A stretch of 64,000 bases of DNA from Podospora anserina (lineage: Eukaryota), in the NCBI GenBank assembly GCA_017654855.1, contig CM030332.1, positions 4,898,001 to 4,962,000 of the forward strand. Reading direction: 5' to 3'. Under the pieces are notes generated by a model. It saw only the letters and a program-made list of their open reading frames with translations, made no database searches and was not told where the DNA came from. The position numbers and the translations under genes are program-made. Below are positions 44,401 to 57,196 of this stretch, piece by piece; position 1 is the first letter of the stretch, and the number at the start of each line of letters is the position of its first letter.

Positions 44401-47400
44401 AAGGCAGTTTTTGCGGGGATGATGACGATATGCATGCGGAGAAAGCTGGTTTGTGGGGAGGCTTTCTCAAACCAAGGGGATGCCCGTTTGCCTTTTTGCT
44501 GCAACATCCAAGGACGAACAACAATTGGCGATAGAATCCATGAGGAACTCTTCCCAAAAGGCAACCTCCCGACGATTGGACAATTGGTGTAAGAGAATGG
44601 CGGTGACAAGACATGAAACAAAACCCACGACTATCTGCAATGTACTGCACTGCATCTTACCCTCTCTAACCAACGTCTCGGGAACATATCCCACTGGAGT
44701 GATGAGATGCCTCACCCTGCAGCTTGGGGGAAGAAAAAAAACTCTGACAGCCCCTGACAGATACAACACAATTGTTTGTTGGTTGTGGTGGTCGGCTTAC
44801 ACAAGGCCCTTGGGTGGCAAATTCTGGTCGGTAAACGCAACAGACAGGTGACAATGAACAGGAGCGACGGCCATACTGCGGTAAAGAAGCTAGAGTCAGT
44901 TCGTGGTACCGGCCATGCAACTGAACGGCGTCGAGCCATCGTCGGCGACTGGTTACTGGTCCGGCAGAAGGAATGACGGCAGCCAGTTCTCCCCTCTCAA
45001 GAAACCCGCCGGCCGGGGGTTTGATGGCCAATGACAACGGAGCCGCGGGTGCTTTCGCCGTGTTGCGTCGTGCCACTGACGGCGTTTTGCTGGAAAAGGC
45101 TCCCATTATCAGGCACGCAACCGCAACGTGCATGAAACTACTGTACGAATATGTATCCGTATGCGAGCTGTGAAGTTGTTAGTCGAGGGCACGATAAACT
45201 AGGATAACAGATGGCTGGAAACTGCTCAACTCGAGTGTGTGCCACGGCTCAAAACGTACGGCCCAACCCCCACTAATTCCCTCTTTGGTTTGTGGCACAA
45301 CGCTGAAGTGATACTCGGAAAAGCCATGCGTATATTATCGTTGGCTTGCTTCGTGGGATGAAGTTGACGTACCCCCACAACTGCGTGTTTTACATGTGTG
45401 TGTCCCAAGATGGCTTGAAGATCCTGAAAACCGTCGACTCTTTGTCAACATCAATAAAAGAAATGGTGTCGAGCAATCCCTTCCGCCACGTCAATAGTCG
45501 TGCCTCGAGACCGTGGAAAAACAAACAACATCTTCGCCGCGTATGCAGTCCGTGTTTGACGCTATCACCAAGCACACTCGCCACCTGCTGCCCAGGCTCT
45601 GCTAGAGTCCTCTTTCTGTCAAAGCTGTCAACACGCTTGGCCTGCAGAGTCTTATCTCAGGACCCCCAAATCCCGCTTATCATATCACGAGAAGCTGCTG
45701 TGTTTCTTCATCAACAGAAGGATCCGCAAGTTCTGCCGATAGCGTCTTCTTCTGGCCAGCATTGCTGTCCACACGTTCCAAATCGTGGGGTTGCCGAGGT
45801 CGTCTGGCGCACCCGGCGCCCGGCCAGTCCTCACGCTAACGCTGGCCATGTCCCAAGAGGCAAAGGCCGGGCTGCTTGGCAAGCCAGCGAGACATCGCGT
45901 CGGAGAAACTGATATTCATAGCTGCTTTACGTAAATCTGCTGCTGATCTGTGATGCGAAAAGACAGACGATCTTCGATGCCAATTGCTGTCGGCAGCACC
46001 CTGATGGGCTGCTGGCTGCTTGGTGTGGGTGTCTGATGTACCTACCGAGCATCATATGTCGCAGCTTCAGGTGGTACGAGAAGCCAGTGGATTCCCGCAT
46101 GTGCCTCTTTCCGTCTGACTTGACAGTTGATGGATGGATGATGGAGAGAGTCACCGCCTGCCTGCTGGCGTCCTGGGCGGTCTGGTTTATCGGTAACTTC
46201 CAAGAGTCCAAAAGGTCAAGCTGCTGAAGAAAAGAGGTCCGTCCGTTGCTCCGTCGTGCGGGGACACTGGGACCCTGAAACCTTCGAGAAGACCCATTGA
46301 CATGGGACGCGGGGGCAGCCCATTGGACGAACCTAAAGCCCGTTCCTGCATGAATGGGGTCTCTCGCGCGGTGGATCGCCACCGGCCAAACACTTGCTCT
46401 GCTGTTCATTCCAAAAAAATCCATCGTGGTATCGCGCCATCGACAACTAAAGAAAGATTGGCAGTTTCTGGACATCAACACACAGATAATCATTGCCCAC
46501 AGCTGTACTAGCCAGCAGCTCGGTGTTATTCTGGAGGAATGGATGATTAGTTCGAACACCAAATCTTGAATTGCTCAGGATTCGAGACCGCTTCTACCGT
46601 GTCATCCGTCTGTGACTCGGTGCTGTTTTGCTGAAGTCTTGTCTGGTATCCAGTGTGCCGAAACTGCACTGTGGCATCCGTCTAACCTCCGTTCGGCGTA
46701 GGTAGGAACCAGACCGTCGGTGAAGCACTAACGGTGCCAAAAGATACCCAAGGCTGGGGGTCGGAAGATTCTGTGCTTCGAAATGGCGGTGGGAGACTTC
46801 TCTACCGTACCCAAGAATGGCCAATCCCACCTCGCAATAAGCACAAGCAAAGCATTTTCTGCCCTTTGATCCATCCGCAAATCCGGGGCGGGACACCGAG
46901 GCGGCATGAGCGCCATTTTGGGGTCCGTAGCCCGTTGTTATCAGAATCCCTGGGAGGTACGGCCCCAACCCGCGGCCCGTCAACAACGGTCCATACCAGA
47001 TTTCCAGAGAAGAATCCAAGCCTTTTCTACCCTGGAACCGAATCGTCTCGAAGCCCGGGACATCCGCTCGTGGCGAACCAGGCATACGAAAGCAACAACA
47101 TGCGGTATTTTGTTCAGGTAGATCCTTTGACATGCGTTATATGTAGGGCGCACTTTACTTTCGTGCCTGATGTCATGCTCGCCGAGCTCTTGTTTCGAGA
47201 CGCATGTACGTGCCAAGGACACATGGCAGATCTGAGGAACAAAACGAATGAAGTTTGGCGTCGTAGTCCCGTTAGAGCAACCTCGCTGCTAAGCTCCATA
47301 GTGCATTGCTGGCCGACGCCACTAGCAGATCCCTCGACGTTACGAAGAAGACGGTGAAGGTCAATCTCTGGTTGGGGCCCGCCCGGATCTGGTTCCGTTC

Positions 47401-50400
47401 TTTGAATCCATAGCGTTGCACACACCGACTGGGTAACATTTTCCATGGGCCTATTCCAGACGCAATCGCCAGACAGCAGCTCTCGATACACGATATTGCA
47501 ACATTCTGGTTGCTGTTTGGGGAAGCAGAACCCGGGCGGAGGAATTTCCAGAGCTTCGGTGCTGTGTATCAGCTCGTCCCAGCTCCGTGGTGGCGAAGAG
47601 ATAGTGCTGTGCCAAGGAAGACCAGATAACTCACAGCTCCGATTCGGCCCTGTCAAGGTTTCAAAAGAAGGACCAGGATGGGGAAAAGCCCTCAGGAACC
47701 GTCCCGGATCAGGATGCCGTTTGTGTCCGAGGCCTGCAGGTCCACCAACGCTTAACAGTTCCAAGTGGGGAGGGAGGGGTTCGCTGCTGTTCTGGCGGTA
47801 TCACAAGGGACCCTTGGAGCTCATGATTGGGAAATGGTCCAAACTGTTAACGGTATGGTACGATGGACGATGGGTGGATGGGTGATGCTTCCAGACGGAA
47901 CGGCCATCTTTTCGTGAAAAGGCCACCGCAACGAAGAAAGCAACGCAGACTTTGACAGCGGCAGCAGTCTGTTGCTGCACCCAAGACAGGAGGATGCGAC
48001 GGAAGCTGATAGAGATTTTCCCCAGGCACAATTCGTTTGGCTGAAATGGTGAAAAAGCATTCGTACCTGCATGTTGCAGCTCGTGGCTGCAGTAGCTTCG
48101 TCGTGCTCTGCAAGGCACAGCTGCCGGAAAAAGGCCAAAGTACCTCTGGGCTGCCTGGTACATGCGGTCAGTTTTGCCACTGGGTCTGGGGAACAGCCGT
48201 GCTGCCGTGATAGCTTCTCGTCCTTCTCCCATCGTCTGATGTGTCTGATGGATAGTGGGGTGCAAGTGGAAACGGTAGAAGGCATCATCACCTCGTCTGT
48301 ATTGAATCCACCGTGACGGAGCGGGTTTGGAGACATCATGTACGTAGGTACCGGTACCTGGGTGTGATGAACAGACAGGATCGAGTCGAATACGGAAATG
48401 CTTGTCGTACAACACGCAGCTTTCGTGTTATGCTGGACGCGCGGTCGTGTTGTTCTCATTGTCTGAAGCTGAGGGCAAGCTCTGCCGATGATGATGATGC
48501 TGCTGATGATGCTCGGAGAGATAGGCTTGATTTGATAGTCCAGGCATTAGTCGTTTCCAGAAGGCAGAAATGATAAATGATATGTCGGAAACAAGTTGAT
48601 TGCAACTGCAACGCTGGATAGTGCTGTCTCGACGTTTCGGGAACACGACGATGTGACTGCAAAGCTGTATGAAACAGCTCTCTCCCCGCTCAGCATTTGC
48701 CTCGACCTATGGGGGAGGACATGTTGTTTTCTCAACCGCTGGACGCGTTGTTGTGGATGGTGGCGGACCGGAAGAGAATAGCCAGAAAGATGGCCATGAT
48801 CGTCCAAAGAAGCAATGAGACAAAAGCTGGATGGCCTCGAATCCATCAATTCAGACAGGACCGTGAGGACCGGCTGGTGATGATGGCCCTAGGGTTGATG
48901 CAGGCTGCCGAAGCTGGGCAACACGTGAACAGGATTGTATGTATCTGGACAGCCAGACAGTGTCAAAAATAGCGACAGATTCATGCAACGCCCTCTCAAA
49001 ACCAAGCGAGAAAAGCAAAGGACATGCAGCGTAGCATGCCACCTGACCGCTCCGATCCGTCCAATCCATGACAGGTAACACGCACAAATTATGTATCAGT
49101 TCTCAGCCCAGCAACTCCAGCTGCTGTCTATACGAAGCTGAGGAGGAGCAAAAAAAAGATTGAGAGGTGATACCTACCAATGGTAGAATCTGATGGGAGA
49201 GAGAGTACGTGGAGAGGGACGAAAAAGGCATCATAGGCAGGGTTGTAAAGTGGTTGCATGGCGGGGCAGTCAAATGCGTGTCTGCTATTGGCTCTTGGGC
49301 CCACCTCTCTTCCGAGTGGCCTCTCGCACTCTCACTGTCCTCCCATCCCACCTCATCACTTTTTACCCCGCGGTTGAGAACCTGAAGGCGACTCTTTCTC
49401 ACGATCGACGGCCGACTCGCAGCCTCTCGGGTGTTTCATGTTTCTCCTGCACAGCGACTGAGCCATCAGGCTCACCATTCCCCTCACTCGGTCGGTGGTC
49501 CGCGCGGGACCTAAGACCTGCAGCATCACCTTGGTACCGCACGACACGGACACCCGGCGCAGGTCAACGCGATCGGGACAGTCTTCGATTCGCCCGCCTG
49601 GAGAGGATGAGGATGCTATGGCCGCCTTCCAACTGCATGATTTCGAGTGTAGTCCATCGGCAGTTTGTCCGTTGTTGGTCTTCCCACGCCGCAGACTATG
49701 ATGGATAATTCGAGAGAGGGACACCGAATTGTCATCATCAACCACCCACCCCGCTTCTATTTTTCAAAAGTGAGCAGACGGGAGAACAATATCGCCCTGG
49801 TGACGCTGGATGATGTGGGAATCTAAACCGGGATGCATCGACAGATAAATAAAGACCAACATACGTCCAACATCTGGTTTTCCTGGTTGGCAGAGTTTTA
49901 CAAAAAAGGAAATGCATGAATTCAACCGGCGGCCTGTCCCGGACTGCCAGCTTTAATGCCCCTCGATCGTCAGCTGACGGAAGAAGAAGGTGAGGTGATG
50001 GGCAGTCTTGCCGTCATTCGCCTTCATCCGCCTGCCATGGCGGTTATTCGAGTGTCCTGTTGCGTATCGTCGTCGAGGGCATTCACATCGTCACATCGTC
50101 ACCTGGACTCTGGATCTGATCTGAATAGTTGTTGCCAACCAGCGGCGGCGCGACGCCGTTTCCCTGGTGGTCACCCTCCAAGTTCAGGTTGCCTCTCGGG
50201 GTGTTTCGTGCCTTGCAGTCACCCACCTGCGGTCCCTACTGGTCGGGGAGCAGAGGGGCGAGATGTGACCTGACACAATGCAGCGAATAGCTGTGCCTGG
50301 ATTGTCGTCGGACACCGCGCTTGCCCACCGCGCCTCGGCCAGAGACTTTTTTGTGCACAGTTTCTGTGGGCGACATTGTTGGCCCTTCAGCCTATCACGA

Positions 50401-52002
50401 CTGCAGAGACGGTCTCGCGGACGGCTTCGACAATGTACATGCATGTGCTCGTCACCCTCGTTGGTCAAAAGCGTGTGTGTCTCTCTGCCTCGAACCCGCG
50501 AGCGAGGAACAACTTACCCAGTGGGTGTGTACGACGCCCAAGCGTCGTTCTGAATCCCGAATGCCATTTCTTCTGCTGCTCAGTTTCCCCACCCATCATT
50601 ACATGAAGGCCTCGCTTTCGGCCAGCTAGCGGATGCCACTGACAGAAAAGAGACACCGTCCTCCGTCCGGCCCTCAGTCTCTGCGGGACCCGGCCGGCCT
50701 CGGCAGCTTGGGGGAATGACAACTGATGACAAGCCTGGAGCTGGCTTACTTGACAGCTCAACTCCACCGTAGCGGCGAACAGTGCGTTGGACCATCTATC
50801 TCTAGTAGAGAGAACAGCACAGCTCATCAGCTACCTTGTTACAGACCTACCAGCGGAGCTACACTAGCAGAGGCCGCTTTTCCCCCTCACGTCTTTCTCT
50901 CTGTGGTGCTGCTCAGTGCTGCTGCATGCTGCATACGCAGGCACCGCAGCTTAGTGCCTCTACCAGCAGAGGGGATGATTGGTCGGGGGAGAGGAGGGTG
51001 GCCGCCCAGAGGGTACCATTCTCGCAGCGGTACATCCGTCGTGCTGGCAGACTAATCCGCATTTAGCACATTTATGACTGCGCCTGGTGAGTGGGGGGGG
51101 ATGGCGCCCACAAGTCCATTCGTCGAAGCCGGCCACCCACCATCTGATGTTGCCATCCACCCACATGCCCCAGAACACCATTAACAGACAGGGGCCCTTG
51201 TCACTTGGTCCCTCCCGGCCCTTGTCAATCCAAGACCCAAGCGAACCCGCGCATGGTGGACATGGTGGGCTGGTGCGGATTGGAGCGACCAGGATTAAGT
51301 GCCAGTCGAGGATTAGGTGCCCAGTCGAGAGAGGGTCGAGAGAGCCCACACAGTCTATCGCCTGCCTGTCTGGCACCTCGCTGGCCGTTGATCGCTTTAG
51401 AGTGGGTTAGGCCCATCCGTACATATCCTCCATGGGCTTCCCACCCTGACGCTCTCTTCTCTCCACAATCGGCAAATCGGTCGACCTGGACGCGTGATTG
51501 CCTCGCTCTCTCTCTTTCTTGTTCATTTACATATTGGTTCTTGTTTCTTTTAGGACTCGACACTTTTGGAACATCTTGTTCCTTATTACCCTCTTTCAGC
51601 CCCCTCAAGCACATACACCAACTCGTCCTCTCTCGTCTACCTCCTCCGTCCACCTCAACCTCCTCCATCCTCACCAACCTCACCCTCAGCTGTGGACGAT
51701 AAGACGAGTTCATGTACAACAGCAGCAAATATCGAGAACTTTGAACCCGGCTGGTTGTTGATCATCATCATCACAACTGCCAGACATTCATTACCAAAAG
51801 AACCAACCATCACCATCTTTAGGCCACAGCCCAACAGCAAGCAATACTCGCTCCATACAACAGCAACCTGTACAATAAGCCCGATATATACTTAATACCT
51901 AAACCACAGCAACCGAACAACGAAGAACAACAACAACAACAAGTCCAGGTGTCTTGACTGGTGGGTAACCGCAACGATCTCTAGAGTGGAACCTGGACGC
52001 TG

Positions 52003-54023
52003 ATGGACTGGAATAGCAACCGCAACAACAGCAACAGTAACTGCCATAGCTCGCCCAACATGTCTACAGCACCATCCTACTTCTTCTACCGGCCTGGTCC
52101 CAGTGTCGAGAGCAGACCAACCCACTTTGTCCAGCAGCCTTTCCACCCAGCTTTCCAACAACAGCAGATGATGATGAACCTTCCCGTGGTGGCTCCTCTT
52201 CCCTCGACGCCTGTCTACTCGCGGCCAACATCATCCTGCTCGTCGCAGCAAGGGCCGCTGCTCTCACACACATTCAACGGCACCACCATCTCACCTGCCG
52301 TGCTCACACCGGCGGCTTCCCCACAGCCCATCAATTACAAGTCACTGCTTGCGCTCGACACGGGACTCAACGAGTTCGATGGACTCCGGTCCCCGTCGAC
52401 TCCTGCGCTCTCGTGCTCCGGCAGCACTGTCAGCAGCCCCGGCAGCACCTATGAGATGCTCGCCACACCGCTCAACCCTATGCTCTCTGGCCTTGACGGT
52501 TTTGAGACCAAGGGCAAGAGGGAAGAGGAGGGGCTCGAATGCTTCCCTGACCTGGAGCCATGGTCCTCCAGCTGCTCCTCACCTCAGCTTGTGCCTGGTT
52601 AGTGATTTTTTATGATTTTTTTGGGGATTTTATTTGTGAATGTAGATGCAGTGAGTCAGGGTGGATGGACTGAATTGAATGAACGGGCGGGCCAAGTGGC
52701 CCCTGCTTTTGAGATTTTGGGCGGTTGCGCGGTTGAGCTTAGCGGGGTTCTCAGCTGGGCTGCTTTTTTTCTGGGTGCTGGAGCTGACCAAAACTCTGCC
52801 TGTCCACAGTGTACCTTTCATCCCGCGCACAGGCTCCCCAGACTGCCACTGCCACGCTCAACAGACAAGCCAGCAACGACCTCCTTTCTCCTGCATCGTG
52901 CCCGTCACTTTCTCCATCACCCTCCCCTTACGCGCGTTCAGTGTCTTCCGACGACAGCTTCTGCGATCCGCGCAATCTGACTGTCGGCTCTGTCAATTCC
53001 ACTCTTGCTCCAGAATTTGCGGCTCTCCCCGCTTTTTGCCTGGGTGAGGAAGAGGATCAAAAATTCGTGCTCAGGGGCGATTCGTTTGCCAGCTCCCACA
53101 ACGCGTCCACCATCTTCACCAGCCAGGACCTGCACCGCACCCTTCCCTCCAGCTTCACTACTGGTGACCTGTCAGACTTTGACTCTGACGACGAGTTCCA
53201 AGGCCTTGCCATCTTGAGCGAGCCCCTCGTGTCCCAGGCCAGCAGCCGGTCGCGTTCCTGCAGCGAGACCAGCTTCAACTGCGAGGAAGACTTTGAGGAC
53301 AGCGACTCCTTTGCTGCCAGCTACCTGCCCAGCCCACCAAGCTCGTGCGAGGACGCCGACGAGCATCAACCCAAGAGGCAAAAGAAGTCTGCCGACAGCT
53401 GCTGCAGCAAGCCCGCCATGAACGTCGCTGCTGAGGCCGAGGCCCAATCAGGGGCTGCTCAGGACCAGTCCCAGACCCCGGCCAACCAGGACAACACCAC
53501 CAGCGAGGCCCAAAACATCAACTCGGGTGTCAACTCCGCTTCTCCCGATACCGCTGACACCCCCTCCGGCACCCCCGCTGCTCCCACCAACCGCCGTGGT
53601 CGCAAGCAGTCCTTGACCGAGGATCCCTCCAAGACCTTCGTCTGCGAGCAGTGCAACCGCCGGTTCCGCCGCCAGGAACACCTCAAGCGTCACTACCGTT
53701 CTCTCCACACCGAGGACAAGCCCTTCGAGTGCCACGAGTGCGGCAAGAAGTTCTCTCGCTCTGACAACCTTTCCCAGCATGCCCGCACCCACGGAGCCGG
53801 CGCCATCTCTCTCGACCTTCTCGATGGCTCCGACATGGCTGCCGCCGCCGCCGCCGGTCACCTAGGTCAAGGGTATCCACACCCTCACGGCATTTCTCTT
53901 GCTCCCGACTACCACACGCTCGGCCATGTGTTGTTCCAAATTAGTGCTGAGATCCCAGGCAGCGAGTCGTCGTCGGATGAGAGCACCGAGTCCAGCAGGA
54001 AGAAGCGCAAGAGGTCAGAGTAA
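52003..54023 (+). CDS. seb1: Msn2/4-like STRE-binding C2H2 transcription factor (Seb1/MsnA); exons 52003 (or 52060)-52597, 52810-54023
   Basis: [76 protein letters not shown] and [12 protein letters not shown]-terminal motifs; intron GTTAGT..CACAG. Confidence 0.92.
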
Positions 54024-54732
54024 TGGAACGCAAAACTTGCTCGATCAACCTTTTATCTATTCAATTCTCTGCACACTCTTCACAATGTCGGTGGTTCTCG
54101 CATTAGAACGTACCGTCGCCATTGATGCCCGGATATGACTGCCACGACGCGTTGTTTCATCGGGCCTGGGTCAACACATCAACATTTACATATATACACT
54201 GGGGGGTTTGCTCTTTTTCATCAAGACAAAGCGAGGCGGTGGGACACTATTTGGGATTCTTTTTTTATGGCGCAGACGTTTTTTCGCCTTTTGGCAGGAA
54301 CTCAGCAGGCAAAAACGATGGGTTGGTGTTTTTTTGTTATTTTATATCTTTTTTAGTCTTCATGTGTGTGACATTTGTTTTTTTGTATCAATGTCCACAA
54401 ACACTTCATGTACCACCACCAACTCCTGTCACCAAACCAGCATCACCGCGTCCCATGGCTTCTTCTGTGAAGTCATGGGAGCAGGACGGCAATCACGATC
54501 AAAACAAAAGCGCGCTTTTTCATTGGGGATGGAGGGAAACGCGACCAAAAGCTCGAGGAGCCAAAAAATGACAGTGAAGAAGGGAGAAGAAATATGACGA
54601 TCTGATTGTACGAACTGGAGAAGAAGAAGAGAACATACACACGATTTGCATTGGGAAAGGAGGATCCGATTTTCACCACAACCTCATTTGACGTGGTCGA
54701 TATCATCAAAGCATACTCTCTTGTCTCTCTTT

Positions 54733-54756
54733 GTCTCTCTCTCTCTCTCTCTCTCT
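54733..54756. repeat. (CT)n microsatellite; a (GA)n tract also lies at about 55325-55344
   Basis: Direct reading of the dinucleotide runs. Confidence 0.85.
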
Positions 54757-57196
54757 TCGGGAGAGAGATAGGTTCAACCAGCATGGTTTCGGGATAATAA
54801 TTTTAGTACATTTTTTTGAACACTTTTTTTTCGTCTCTCTGTCTTGCGGGAAGGAAACCAAATGTTTTGTGCTTTTGGCGGATATCCCACTTGTCTCTGT
54901 TCTTTTACTTCTTTGACATGCATGTGTGTGTGTTTGATGATTTTGATATGAAGGTTGTATTTTTGGCTGTATTATTGTTTCGTTTGTGTGTTTTTATGTC
55001 TTTCACTTCTCGACTTTCGTTTTTGCTCTTTCTGTCTTTTGTGCGCTACGCTAAAAGGAAAATTGGCTTTTTGTCGTTTTTGTCTTGCTATTATCTTGCC
55101 GGTCATGATCTTCAAGCCAAGGAAAGCTTTTTTTTCCTTTTACGGGGTGGGCACAGACAGACGATTTGGAGCACCGTCACGTCTTTTGAGCTAGCCTTTG
55201 GTGGTTTTTTTTTTTAACATGATGGATGGATGGAATGAGATTATTATCCGACTGGGAACCATGTACAATATTTTGCCTTTTTTGCTAGGACGCCAGTAGA
55301 TCAGCAGCGATGAAATTTGAACACGAGAGAGAGAGAGAGAGAGAGGATGCCTGTTTCACTACAGCAGAGAAGAAGAAATCATGTGAATGGAAGTGTGTGA
55401 ATCAGGATGGTTAAGCGCCGGAGCCGACGAGAAATAGAGAGAGAACTAGATTGATCGATCGACGTGTTCTGGGCTGCAGAAAGAACCCGAGACATTGGAT
55501 CTTTCTTTCTTTCTTTCTTTGCTTCTTTTTGGTGTTGTACACCCACCACACACAACACTGGAAAATGAAGATCGCGGTAGCGGGTTATTTCCCCCGGTGA
55601 CGGACTCTGTTAGTCCCACGTTCTCCATTCTTGTGGTGGACTTCTCTCAGAGGTTTGCTTTTTTCCAGTTGGAATTATTGGCGGTGTCCTCCGAATGGAT
55701 CGCGGCGGTGAAGGGAAAACTGAACATGGTGTTGGGAATGAGTGGGCACTCACAGTGGGAGCTAGAGATAACTACCGCCGTTGCCGAAAACGAGAAGGGC
55801 CAAAAAAAATGGGAACGGAACGTGCCATTGCCCAGGGTGGTGGTGGATCTGGGTCATCTTCTGGAACTTCTTTGCCGGGGGACGATGTCGGCATCTGATT
55901 TGGATCCTGGGGGGTTTGTTTACCATCGTGGGAAAGATGACTGGGTGGATTTGTTTGGTGTGGTCACAGTGAGTGGACGCTGAAGAGCAACGGGGGGATG
56001 GATGGATGGATGGATGTTCGAGGCGAGATTATCTTGTGAGGGATTCACACCTGCCAGATGTGGTCGTTTCCACTACATATCTCAACTTTGGCACTTTGGC
56101 AATATCTTGACGTTCATTCGCCCGGCTCTGCTGGGACATGGTCATCTCCAAAGGAGAAAAAAAAGGATGCAGCGGGACCACCCAACGACCCGGGACCGGG
56201 AATTGAACATTGTGGCATTGTGCTTTTTTGGAATTGGGTGTTCCCACCGACACCGAAATTATCTGGAGGGTCCCTCCCTCACCTTGAACGGCTCCACCTC
56301 CCGAATGGCCGGGCGAGCCCCCCCCGTAACGCGGAAGCCAGGAACAGCTCGGCGGGCGGCGTGGATCCCCGAATGGGACAAGATGGGAAAAAGACCCCAG
56401 AATCGGACGACAAAGTCGGTGCCGGTGATGGCGGTGGTTCGAGGGTTCATCAAAACGACGGTGAAGGAGAAGATCCCCGAAGATTCCATCAACCATGTGC
56501 CGGTGACGGAGCTAGCAGAAAAGAATGACTCGCTAAGGCGATGTGATGAGATTGAGGTGAGTGATTGTGCCGATATTGACAGCGACACCGACAGCACGGT
56601 TGTGGGAGGAGCACTAACTAGGTTTGAGGGCTTCACCGGCAGTTGCAAAGGTAGGTGAGGGAACTGAGGGCGGACGTGAGACCTTTTTTTGCATATAACC
56701 GTGCTTTACATAATTGTATCTTACACAAACATTTCATCACAGCACAAAACCCCACCATATCGCTGATCTGTTTGGAGCCCAGAGCTTCATCGAGCTTCAG
56801 CTCGAGCTCTAGGAGCTCCGACCCTCCCTTCATCAACATGATGGAGCCATATTCAGGCACCCGCTCCAAAAACTCCAGCATTAACCTTGCCAAATCATAA
56901 TTTCCGTCGTACTGCTATTTTTATGCCAAAATCCGTGCCCGGAGGAAATTTCACAAGTTTATTCCCCCAAAATAGTGGGGATGGTGGACCACGTCTGTGT
57001 TGTCTCGGTCCACGATAGTAGTCTGAAGATCCACACTCCAAGTCTCGACCGACATTTTGGCTTCTGTTGCTGGAGCCCGATTCATCTCGTCACTCTCACG
57101 ATAGTAGAAGAAGGTCCACTCCATCGCGATAGCCCCAAGAGGAAAACAAGATAACCCGATAACCCGATAACAAGCCCGCCCTATCATTTCCCCAAT

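Noticed and set aside
55495-56900. ORFs of 130-218 aa between seb1 and DPH6
   Set aside because: Overlapping on both strands, no codon bias or domain; not supportable as genes.
57150-57170. Three GATAA motifs at 8-nt spacing just upstream of DPH6
   Set aside because: Probably a short tandem duplication in the 5' UTR; too close to the ATG to call a GATA-factor element.
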